From the NCBI GenBank assembly GCA_964640155.1, contig CAZXEQ010000002.1, forward strand, positions 150,001 to 182,000: 32,000 nt of DNA. The letters are read 5' to 3'. Under the pieces are notes generated by a model. It ran no database searches. It was not told the DNA's origin and worked only from the letters and a program-made list of their open reading frames with translations. Origin of the DNA: an uncultured bacterium. Lineage in GTDB: Bacteria; Auribacterota; JACPWU01. Positions 19,128 through 26,319 of this stretch are shown in pieces. Both the position numbers and the translations under genes were made by a program. Each line of letters opens with the position of its first letter. The stretch's first letter is position 1.

Positions 19128-20591
19128 ATGAAACTAAATCTCGCAAAAACAAAAAATGTCTTAAATTCATTTCTCACTTTCTTCGCTTTTCTTTATTTAT
19201 CAAGCGCTCATCTAGGAATGGCAGAGCTGAAATCTCAGCAATCCACACTCTCCGATCGAAAAAGTGTGAATATCACGATTTATAATTCGGATTTAGGGTT
19301 GGTAAAAGAAACACGGTCCCTCAAACTTGAAAAAGGACTTTTGAATTTGGCTTTTATGGATGTAGCGTCCAAAATTCAAACAGAAACCGTTCACATCAAA
19401 TCTTTATCCGATCCTGCTAGTCTTTCCATTCTTGAACAAAATTACCAATACGATTTACTTAGCCCTGAAAAATTACTTGAAAAATACATTGGTAAAAAAA
19501 TCAAAGTTTATCGCTGGAATGATGTGACCGGCAAAGATCAAGAATATGAAGCTGAAGTTCTTTCAAACAATAATGGCACCATTCTCAAAATAGGAGATGA
19601 AATTACTTATGGTTTTCCTGCACGCTTCTCTTTCCCTGAAGTCCCTAAAAATCTTATTTCCAAACCTACGCTTGTCTGGCTTTTGGAAAATGAACTCCCT
19701 GAACAAGAATTAGAAGTGTCTTATTTAACAGAAGGCATGACCTGGAAATCAGATTATGTTTTAACCGTGAATAAAGATGAAAATGGTGGAGATTTCAATG
19801 GGTGGGTTACACTCAACAATACCAGTGGGACGATTTACGAGAATGCAACTTTAAAGCTGGTAGCAGGAGATGTTCATCGTATCCCTAAGCCAGTGGAATA
19901 TGATTATTTACAAGCAGAATCAGTCGCAGCACCAAGAATGGCAAAAGCGCCTGCTGGCTTCAAAGAAGAATCTTTTTTTGAATATCATCTTTATACGCTT
20001 CAAAGACCCACCACACTTCTCAATAATGAGCAAAAACAAGTTTCTCTTCTGGAAGCCCCTAATATTAAACTTGAGAAGAAGCTCATTTTTTATGGCCAAC
20101 CTTATTATTATCGAGGTTCTTACGGCCAAGTCATGTCCAATCAAAAAGTCGGCGTTTATCTCGACATTGAAAATAAAAAAGAAAACGGCATGGGCATGCC
20201 TCTTCCTAAAGGCAATGTGCGTGTTTATAAAGCCGATGCAGAGGGATCTCTTCAATTCATTGGTGAAGATTCCATTGATCACACTCCCAAAGACGAAAAA
20301 GTCCGAATTAAAATGGGAGAAGCCTTTGACGTGGTAGGCCAACGTAAACAAATGGAATGGAAAGCGCAAGCGCTTTGTGGCTCTGAATCCACTTGGGAAG
20401 TAACACTAAAAAATCACAAAGATCAAGATGCTGCAGTGGAAGTTGTAGAACCTATTCATGGCGACTGGAAAATTCTTTCCTCTTCCCATCCTTATGAAAA
20501 GATCGATGCCCATACATTCACATTCAAAATCGTTGTCCCCAAAAATGGAGAAGTCAAAATTCAATATCGCGTTCAAATTGATTGGTGTTAA
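19128..20591 (+). CDS. DUF4139-like (MuiA-family-like) exported protein
   Basis: SD AAGGAGA precedes the start, and there is a signal-like N-terminus. The N-terminal pattern VNITIYNSDLGLVKETRSLKLEKGLLNLAFMDVASKIQTETVHIKSL is typical of DUF4140/DUF4139 proteins. Assignment is by eye. Confidence 0.65.
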   Translation: MKLNLAKTKNVLNSFLTFFAFLYLSSAHLGMAELKSQQSTLSDRKSVNITIYNSDLGLVKETRSLKLEKGLLNLAFMDVASKIQTETVHIKSLSDPASLSILEQNYQYDLLSPEKLLEKYIGKKIKVYRWNDVTGKDQEYEAEVLSNNNGTILKIGDEITYGFPARFSFPEVPKNLISKPTLVWLLENELPEQELEVSYLTEGMTWKSDYVLTVNKDENGGDFNGWVTLNNTSGTIYENATLKLVAGDVHRIPKPVEYDYLQAESVAAPRMAKAPAGFKEESFFEYHLYTLQRPTTLLNNEQKQVSLLEAPNIKLEKKLIFYGQPYYYRGSYGQVMSNQKVGVYLDIENKKENGMGMPLPKGNVRVYKADAEGSLQFIGEDSIDHTPKDEKVRIKMGEAFDVVGQRKQMEWKAQALCGSESTWEVTLKNHKDQDAAVEVVEPIHGDWKILSSSHPYEKIDAHTFTFKIVVPKNGEVKIQYRVQIDWC

Positions 20592-20592
20592 T

Positions 20593-20650
20593 AAAAATCG
20601 TATTGCGTCATGCGTTGTGTGTACTACGTAAAAAACATAACGCATGACGG
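20593..20650 (+). repeat. Stop-codon-proximal ACG/CGT-rich hairpin, member A
   Basis: CGTCATGCGTT (20606-20616) pairs with AACGCATGACG (20639-20649). The first ~40 nt are about 80 percent identical to member B (23713-23755). Confidence 0.7.
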
Positions 20651-20670
20651 ACAAAGACAAGGAGACATGT

Positions 20671-23600
20671 ATGAAAATCTTAAAATTAGTTTTAGTAATA
20701 CCGCTTATATTTCTAACTCTGCTCTCTTTAAAAGCAGATACGCCTACAAATGGATACATTTCCCTCACCGCTCCGGATGGGACAGGACTTGAATTAAGAG
20801 ATATGAAAGTAAAAGCTGTTGTCGATGGGATGACTGCTTTCACAGAAATGGAATTAACTTTCTATAATCCAGAAAATCGTCAAAGAGAAGGCCATTTTTC
20901 CATTTTGCTTCCTCCTAAAGCTACCATGAGTCGATTTGCCATGAGGATCAATGACCGTTGGCAAGAAGGTGAAGTTGTTGAGACTCGAAAAGCGCGCCAA
21001 GCCTATGAAGATTTTCTTCATCGCAAGCAAGATCCTGCTTTATTGGAACAGGATAATGGAAATATGTTTAGAGCCCGTATTTTCCCTATTCCTGCCAATG
21101 CTGAAAAAAAGTTGATTGTGTCCTATTCTGAATTATTGGTAAACAATCATGCAACTTACGTTTTCCCTCTCAAAGGACTCCCCCAACTCAAAAACATGTC
21201 CATCAAGGTTTTTTATAAGGATAAATCTGTCCCAACAGGAAAAGATTCTGGAGTTGTCTCATCTCTGGGAGGACAAGTGAAGAATTGGCAAGTCATGAGT
21301 GTTGAAAAGAAAGATTATCAACCTGATCAGGATTTTTCTTTGAGCTTTCCTTCTGCACAAAAAGATATTTATGCACTGCGTGTGGACAATATGGCTGCCG
21401 TGAAATTTCAACCTTTGCCAATAGATTTAAAATGGAAAAGTAAAATCTTAAATGACTGGGTCATTCTCTATGATACGTCTGCATCCCAAGCACTAGATTA
21501 TGAGAAAAATTTGGGTCAATTTGGGAAAATTCTCCAAGAACTGTTTGATAGCAAAGCAGCGAGTTCAGCTTTAATCATTGCCTTTGATCAGGAAGTTAAA
21601 AAAATTGGAGAAATCACTAAAAGTAACGAAATTAATACTGTTCTTTCTTCTTTAAAAGAACGCCAAGCATTAGGGGCTTCGAATTTTGAATTAGCTTTTA
21701 CAGAGTTATCTAAATTAACTGACTCTCAAGAGCGTCGCTTGCTTATTATCTCTGATGGCGCACCCACAGCCTTTGAAACAAATAAAATAAAGTTATCTGA
21801 GATACTCTCTAAAATTACATCTATTGAAAGAACTGATTGCTTAGCCTTGTCTACTTATCGCAATGAAGATTTTCTAACAGCACTGTCTCGAGCAAGCGAT
21901 CAAGCAGGTGTTGTTCTCAATGGGGAAATAGGACAAGAAGCAATGATTAAAAAATTAAATACTCCAACATGGAAAGAGATCTCCATCGACGTCCCAGGAG
22001 CCGAATGGTTTTGGCCTCAAAAGCTTGAAGGTCTTCAACCAGGAGATGAAATCGTGGTGTTCGCAGAAATTGCCAAAGACAAACCTTTTCAGATTAAAGA
22101 TTCCTTTAAAAAAGAAATCATCACTTTACAACCAGAGTTAACAGAAAAAGAACTTCTCAAACGGGAATGGGTCAAGGCCCGGATTCAAAAACTTCTAGAA
22201 AACGAAGCAACTTCTCAAGATAAAGACATGAAAAGTGCAATGCATAATGAAATCATCCGACTTTCAGAAAAAGAACGTGTTTTGTCCCCCTATACCTCTC
22301 TTTTAGTTTTGGAAACAGAATGGGATTATCAAAGATATAAAATTGATCGAAATGCTTTGGCGGATATTTTGACCATTGGATCAGATGGACTCACACTCAT
22401 CAATCGAAAGGCAGAAGACATCCCTGTTGTTCAGCCTGTTGCTTCAAAACAAAACACTCGTGTCCAAGGTCTTGCTCTTCGCAAACAAGAAGCTACACCA
22501 GGCGAAGGAGATTTAGCTCGAAATGGAGCTGCTCCTGCATTAGCAGAAGAAAGAATGGAATTTGAGGAAGCTGATTTTAAAGCTAAAGAGGGCGGTTCTT
22601 TAGACGCTGCAACGCCCGCACGAGAAGTAGAACAAGCTGTACAAACAGGGACTTCTTCAACTCTAAATCAAGTGGCAAAAAGATCCGAAACAGAGGATAC
22701 GTCAGAACTAGCGCAACAAAGAAGGATAATTACACCTCCTTCAAATCCAGTCCCCTCCATCGTCTCTGAACAAGTGAGTGGAGCAAGCAACATTGAAACA
22801 AATGGGAAAGAGCCCTGGATTGGAGATTATGCCCAAGCCAAGAAAATGATGAAAGATTCAGATCTTAAATCCACCAAGGAATTTATTTTACAGTGGAGAG
22901 CCAAAAATCCTGCCGATGCATTGGCACTCATTGCCCTTGGAGAAGTAGAAGCTAAAATGGGCAATGGTAGCGCTGCTGCCCGTGCTTATGGTTCACTGAT
23001 AGATCTTTTCCCTTCTCGAGCTGATATTCGACGTTGGGCCGCCGAACGTCTTTTGGAAATTACCGAAGGTCATGTCTTGGCTAAAGACTCTCTGATCAAA
23101 GCCAATGAACAAAGAAAAGATCATCCTTCAGGATACGTATTGCTTGCCACAGCAGAGATGATCACGGGACATTTAGATTCTGCGATTAACATTCTTGTAG
23201 CAGGTTTAAGTCGTCAATATCCAGATCGATATCCTCAAGTAGATCGAATCATGAAAGAAATAATTGGTTTAATCTTATCCTCCAAGCAGGGGCAGCATTT
23301 ACTTAAAGATGAATCTGTTCAAGAAATTGCAAGAAAATACAACATCAACACAAAAATGAAATCTCAACTGCGATTCCTCTTAACTTGGGAAACCGATGCC
23401 AATGATGTGGACTTTCATATTTATGACAAAGACAAGAACCACGCTTATTATCAAGGCAAAATCCTAAGTTCCGGTGGCGAGCTTTATGCAGACATCACAC
23501 AAGGATACGGCCCTGAATGTTTCACTGTAGAAAATCCGAAAGCTTTCCCTTATCAACTTCAAGCCCATTATTATTCTCGCGGCCCTATGGGATATGGCAT

Positions 23601-23712
23601 GGGTTTATTACAAATTGTTCGTTTGTCTGAGGATTTAAACTTGTCAATCGAGAATAGACCTTTTATCATCATGCAAGATCAAGCCTTTGTTAATTTGGGA
23701 GAAGTAGCTTAA
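20671..23712 (+). CDS. Secreted VIT - vWA - TPR-like - DUF2135 multidomain protein
   Basis: The start at ATG 20671 has SD AAGGAGA and gives the signal peptide MKILKLVLVIPLIFLTLLSLKA. The VIT-like region is FAMRINDRWQEGEVVETRKARQAYEDF...FRARIFPIPANAEKKLIVSY. The vWA domain has a MIDAS motif, DTSAS. The C-terminal LTWETDANDVDFHIYDKD...ITQGYGPECF matches the YfaP-type DUF2135 pattern. Confidence 0.8.
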   Translation: MKILKLVLVIPLIFLTLLSLKADTPTNGYISLTAPDGTGLELRDMKVKAVVDGMTAFTEMELTFYNPENRQREGHFSILLPPKATMSRFAMRINDRWQEGEVVETRKARQAYEDFLHRKQDPALLEQDNGNMFRARIFPIPANAEKKLIVSYSELLVNNHATYVFPLKGLPQLKNMSIKVFYKDKSVPTGKDSGVVSSLGGQVKNWQVMSVEKKDYQPDQDFSLSFPSAQKDIYALRVDNMAAVKFQPLPIDLKWKSKILNDWVILYDTSASQALDYEKNLGQFGKILQELFDSKAASSALIIAFDQEVKKIGEITKSNEINTVLSSLKERQALGASNFELAFTELSKLTDSQERRLLIISDGAPTAFETNKIKLSEILSKITSIERTDCLALSTYRNEDFLTALSRASDQAGVVLNGEIGQEAMIKKLNTPTWKEISIDVPGAEWFWPQKLEGLQPGDEIVVFAEIAKDKPFQIKDSFKKEIITLQPELTEKELLKREWVKARIQKLLENEATSQDKDMKSAMHNEIIRLSEKERVLSPYTSLLVLETEWDYQRYKIDRNALADILTIGSDGLTLINRKAEDIPVVQPVASKQNTRVQGLALRKQEATPGEGDLARNGAAPALAEERMEFEEADFKAKEGGSLDAATPAREVEQAVQTGTSSTLNQVAKRSETEDTSELAQQRRIITPPSNPVPSIVSEQVSGASNIETNGKEPWIGDYAQAKKMMKDSDLKSTKEFILQWRAKNPADALALIALGEVEAKMGNGSAAARAYGSLIDLFPSRADIRRWAAERLLEITEGHVLAKDSLIKANEQRKDHPSGYVLLATAEMITGHLDSAINILVAGLSRQYPDRYPQVDRIMKEIIGLILSSKQGQHLLKDESVQEIARKYNINTKMKSQLRFLLTWETDANDVDFHIYDKDKNHAYYQGKILSSGGELYADITQGYGPECFTVENPKAFPYQLQAHYYSRGPMGYGMGLLQIVRLSEDLNLSIENRPFIIMQDQAFVNLGEVA

Positions 23713-23730
23713 AAACCATATTGCGTTTAA

Positions 23731-23768
23731 CGTTGTGCGTGATGCGTAAAGCAAAAATCGCACGACGC
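23731..23768 (+). repeat. Stop-codon-proximal hairpin family, member B: 38-nt core (left arm of a perfect inverted repeat)
   Basis: The core is CGTTGTGCGTGATGCGTAAAGCAAAAATCGCACGACGC. It starts 18 nt after the VIT gene stop. It also has a local hairpin, CGTGATGCGT (23738-23747) with ACGCATCACG (23772-23781). Confidence 0.9.
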
Positions 23769-23796
23769 GTCACGCATCACGAGGTACAGTTTTTAT

Positions 23797-24132
23797 ATGA
23801 TTTCACTTTATGCTAAAACTGATGACGAAGAAATTTCAGCTGCTTTTCAAGAGTTAGGACCTGCTCAAGAAATTAAGCAAATTACTTTTCCATGGAAGGG
23901 GCAAGAGGTTCTGTGTGATATCACGGGTTGGCAAAATGAACCGGAGCCTCAAAAAACTCCCGCATTTGCTCAACCCATCACAGACTCGGGAGACGCTCAG
24001 GCCATTCTCATCTATGGAGGAGAAGGTGGAGTTATGATCAAACCCTCTTCCCTGAAAGAACCCTGGAATCCCCAAAGTCCTCATCAGGAAAGAAGAGTTT
24101 ATTTAGTTGTTTCTGCGTCTTGCCTTCTTTAA
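23797..24132 (+). CDS. Hypothetical 111-aa protein bracketed by the 38-bp inverted repeat
   Basis: Open frame with a weak SD (GAGGTA 11 nt upstream). No recognisable motif. An antisense frame is also open. There is no room for its own promoter after member B. Confidence 0.4.
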   Translation: MISLYAKTDDEEISAAFQELGPAQEIKQITFPWKGQEVLCDITGWQNEPEPQKTPAFAQPITDSGDAQAILIYGGEGGVMIKPSSLKEPWNPQSPHQERRVYLVVSASCLL

Positions 24133-24156
24133 AAACCGTTGTATGTAATGCGCACT

Positions 24157-24194
24157 GCGTCGTGCGATTTTTGCTTTACGCATCACGCACAACG
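24157..24194 (-). repeat. Stop-codon-proximal hairpin family, member C: 38-nt core (right arm, exact reverse complement of 23731-23768)
   Basis: GCGTCGTGCGATTTTTGCTTTACGCATCACGCACAACG is the exact reverse complement of member B's core. In minus orientation it begins 18 nt after the stop (24213) of the 72-aa gene. Confidence 0.9.
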
Positions 24195-24212
24195 CTCGAC
24201 AAAACACGGTCT

Positions 24213-24428
24213 TTAAGTCACTTCACGCCTGGGATCTTCAATCAGATTCTCAATCTCAAAACTTTTCGCACCAAATTCTTTTGCGATTGAGATCAATTCT
24301 TTGCAATCCTCAAAACGCTCCTCTAACAAGGCTTCTTTTAAATAAAGAAGTGCTGTTAGCTTCACAGGATGATTCTTAACAGCCCCTCCTTTAATTGAAG
24401 AAACAATGGTTTCTAATTCATCTTTCAT
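24213..24428 (-). CDS. Hypothetical 71-aa acidic helical protein
   Basis: The start is moved to ATG 24428 (MKDELETIVSSIK...), which has a strong SD AAGGAGGGG. The longer track ORF would read through the upstream terminator U-tract. Confidence 0.65.
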   Translation of the reverse strand: MKDELETIVSSIKGGAVKNHPVKLTALLYLKEALLEERFEDCKELISIAKEFGAKSFEIENLIEDPRREVT

Positions 24429-24470
24429 ACACCCCTCCTTTTTCTTTAATTTTTTCATTGGTTTTTCTCC

Positions 24471-24512
24471 AAAAAAAAAACCCATGACTGATAGTCCAGT
24501 CATGGGTTTTTT
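24471..24512. terminator. Strong bidirectional intrinsic terminator, acting as a leader terminator for the 24428 gene
   Basis: A10 (24471-24480), CCCATGACTG (24481-24490), a 6-nt loop, CAGTCATGGG (24497-24506), then T6 (24507-24512). Confidence 0.85.
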
Positions 24513-24563
24513 AAAAATTGTTTTAAGTTACTTCAGGAAATATTCACCTTTTGTCCTTTAAAA

Positions 24564-24574
24564 CCCATGACTGG
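24564..24574 (-). promoter_or_regulatory. Putative antiterminator arm
   Basis: On the minus strand this reads CCAGUCAUGGG. It duplicates the 3' arm of the terminator and is an 11-nt perfect complement of its 5' arm (CCCAUGACUGG, 24506-24496). Confidence 0.5.
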
Positions 24575-24735
24575 ACGCAACCCGTACAGAGAAAAGAGAG
24601 CTACCTTAGCCTCTGTTCTCATAGGCTTCATAATCCAACGATGTGTTTTTGAACAAAAAGTCATTTTAATACCTTCATTTACTTGATTTAAAAGTTACCA
24701 TGGATTTTTGATGAAATCAAGCTTTTTTAAAAATA

Positions 24736-24866
24736 TCTCCTTTTCAAAAGTAGCGGGTCCTGCCACTCGTCAGCCCCACCGTCCTCGCTTCAAAGCTGCG
24801 GGCGGCGGGGGGCTCCCCGCCGAGTGTCACCCGTATTGTAAAGGACACACTTTTTTGCACACGATC
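24736..24866 (-). repeat. GC-rich structured repeat, copy 3 (core plus short 3' part; candidate ncRNA/leader element)
   Basis: The reverse complement reads GATCGTGTGCAAAAAAGTGTGTCCTTTACAATACGGGTGACACTCGGCGGGGAGCCCCCCGCCG...CGGTGGGGCTGACGAGTGGCAGGACCCG. Confidence 0.85.
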
Positions 24867-24887
24867 CTTTCTTTAAAAACTAAATCG

Positions 24888-25033
24888 ATATTGTTTATCA
24901 GAAGATGAAGACCATTGGACCCCGATATATCGGGGATAGGAATCCCGATGTTTTATCGGGATGAGCGAGAGCTCCTTGAGATCGTTTGGCTCGCAGGGCC
25001 AAACGACGTGTCCGAAAATCTGATAAACAATAT
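24888..25033. repeat. Multi-hairpin element closed by a perfect 15-bp inverted repeat (MITE-like or structured RNA)
   Basis: The closing stem is ATATTGTTTATCAGA (24888-24902) with TCTGATAAACAATAT (25019-25033). Inner hairpins are CCCCGATATATCGGGG (24920-24935), ATCCCGAT/ATCGGGAT (24942-24962), GAGC-GAGA-GCTC (24963-24974) and CGTTTGGC/GCCAAACG (24983-25005). Confidence 0.75.
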
Positions 25034-25056
25034 ATCTTAACTTCGGGAGAGACCTT

Positions 25057-25971
25057 TCAATTCCCGTGATAGGAAGTAATCCAACGTACAGTCCCGCTGG
25101 TTGATCGCATAAAAACACTATTTGTCACAGGCCCTTGAGAAGTAAACCTCACACCTCGCAAAAGGCTTCCATTGGTAATTCCGGTCGCAGCAAAAATGCA
25201 CTCTCCCTTAACCAAATCTTCAAGAGAATAAACTCTTGAGTCTATCTTCCCTTGAGCATCTACGATCTGAATCTGAAAATCCCCTCTCAAACACTTGATT
25301 GCACATGCTGTAATGACCGCCTCGGGAGCTCCTCCAATGCCATATAAAAGATCTATCCCGCTGTCTTCAAGACATGATGCGATGGAGGCCGAAACATCGC
25401 AGTCCTGAATCAATTTAATTCTTACCCCTATTTTTCTTAGATTCGTGATTAATTCCTGATGACGAGGACGGTCCAAAACGCAGACAACGATATGTGATTT
25501 TTCCTTTCCGGTTGCAACAGAAATAAGCTCAATTGTTCTAGATAAAGGATCTGTGATAGAAAGCCGAATCTTGCGCGCAACTTGAGGGCCATAAGCAAGT
25601 TTATTGACATAAAAGGAAGAGGTTGAAAAAAGGCTGCCCTTTTCAGCAACAGCTAAAACGCTTAAGGCTTCAGGTCCAGAATTTACAGTCGGACGCGTCC
25701 CTTCAATAGGATCCACCGCCAAGTCATAAACCTTCCCTCCAGCCATACCTCCTGTGCCCACTTTTTCACCATTAAAAAGACCTGCGCTCTCGTCTTTAAT
25801 CCCCTCACCAATCACAATATGACCTGTGATTTCAATCCTATTCAGTCGCTTTCTCATCGCATCCGTTGCAGCCTGATCTGCGGCTTTTTTGTCTCCACTT
25901 CCAATCCATGCAGACGCAGCAATGGCTGCAGCCTCTGTTACACGCATCATATCTAAATGAATATCTTTCAC
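25057..25971 (-). CDS. glpX: Class II fructose-1,6-bisphosphatase
   Basis: RVTEAAAIAASAWIGSGDKKAADQAATDAMR, VDPIEGT and LYGIGGAPE resemble GlpX. I prefer GTG 25971 (GGAG 6 nt upstream, N-terminal length like E. coli GlpX) over the track's TTG at 26019. Confidence 0.88.
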   Translation of the reverse strand: MKDIHLDMMRVTEAAAIAASAWIGSGDKKAADQAATDAMRKRLNRIEITGHIVIGEGIKDESAGLFNGEKVGTGGMAGGKVYDLAVDPIEGTRPTVNSGPEALSVLAVAEKGSLFSTSSFYVNKLAYGPQVARKIRLSITDPLSRTIELISVATGKEKSHIVVCVLDRPRHQELITNLRKIGVRIKLIQDCDVSASIASCLEDSGIDLLYGIGGAPEAVITACAIKCLRGDFQIQIVDAQGKIDSRVYSLEDLVKGECIFAATGITNGSLLRGVRFTSQGPVTNSVFMRSTSGTVRWITSYHGN

Positions 25972-26108
25972 GACAATCTCCGAATCAACTTTAAAAGTAA
26001 AAAATTCCTTATCCAGCAATGAATATACTAATGAGAAACAAAGGATTTTTCTAATGAATAATTATTCAAAGAATAAAAAAATAGGCATCTATCTCCCATC
26101 TTAAAATC

Positions 26109-26225
26109 AAAAGTGTAGCTTTTATAAATCCGGGTGACACTCGGCGGGGAACCCCGCCGCCCGCAGCTTTAAAGCGAGGACGGTGGGGCTGACGAGTGGC
26201 AGAACTCGTTTCCTTTTAAAAAGCT
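26109..26225 (+). repeat. GC-rich structured repeat, copy 4 (core plus outer helix, no 3' extension)
   Basis: Sequence is AAAAGTGTAGCTTTTATAAATCCGGGTGACACTCGGCGGGGAACCCCGCCG...CGGTGGGGCTGACGAGTGGCAGAACTCG...TAAAAAGCT. It lies in the glpX/cysD divergent spacer, upstream of the cysD promoter. Confidence 0.85.
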
Positions 26226-26284
26226 CTCCCTTTTATATACAGAATCATTTTTTTGAGGCTCCCTCTTTCTCAAAAAGCAAAATG

Positions 26285-26293
26285 TGATATAAT
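26285..26293 (+). promoter_or_regulatory. Extended -10 promoter (TGaTATAAT) for cysD
   Basis: TG at 26285-26286, one spacer base, then a consensus TATAAT at 26288-26293. It lies ~27 nt before the cysD ATG. The -35 is weak. Confidence 0.55.
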
Positions 26294-26319
26294 AAGTGCC
26301 CTTTTTGAAGGAAAGACTT

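Noticed and set aside
24873-25118. Track ORF 24873..25118 (-) across the 15-bp-stem element and the glpX 3' end.
   Set aside because: It overlaps the glpX C-terminus out of frame. Its body is the palindromic multi-hairpin element, so the open frame is most likely incidental.
26131-26208. Possible known riboswitch (ZTP/pfl-like GGGUSGUGAC..GGCG, or TPP-like GGGGCUGA) upstream of cysD.
   Set aside because: The resemblance is only to short GC-rich strings. The element is upstream of the likely cysD promoter. It also occurs in five unrelated contexts, including non-5'-UTR positions.
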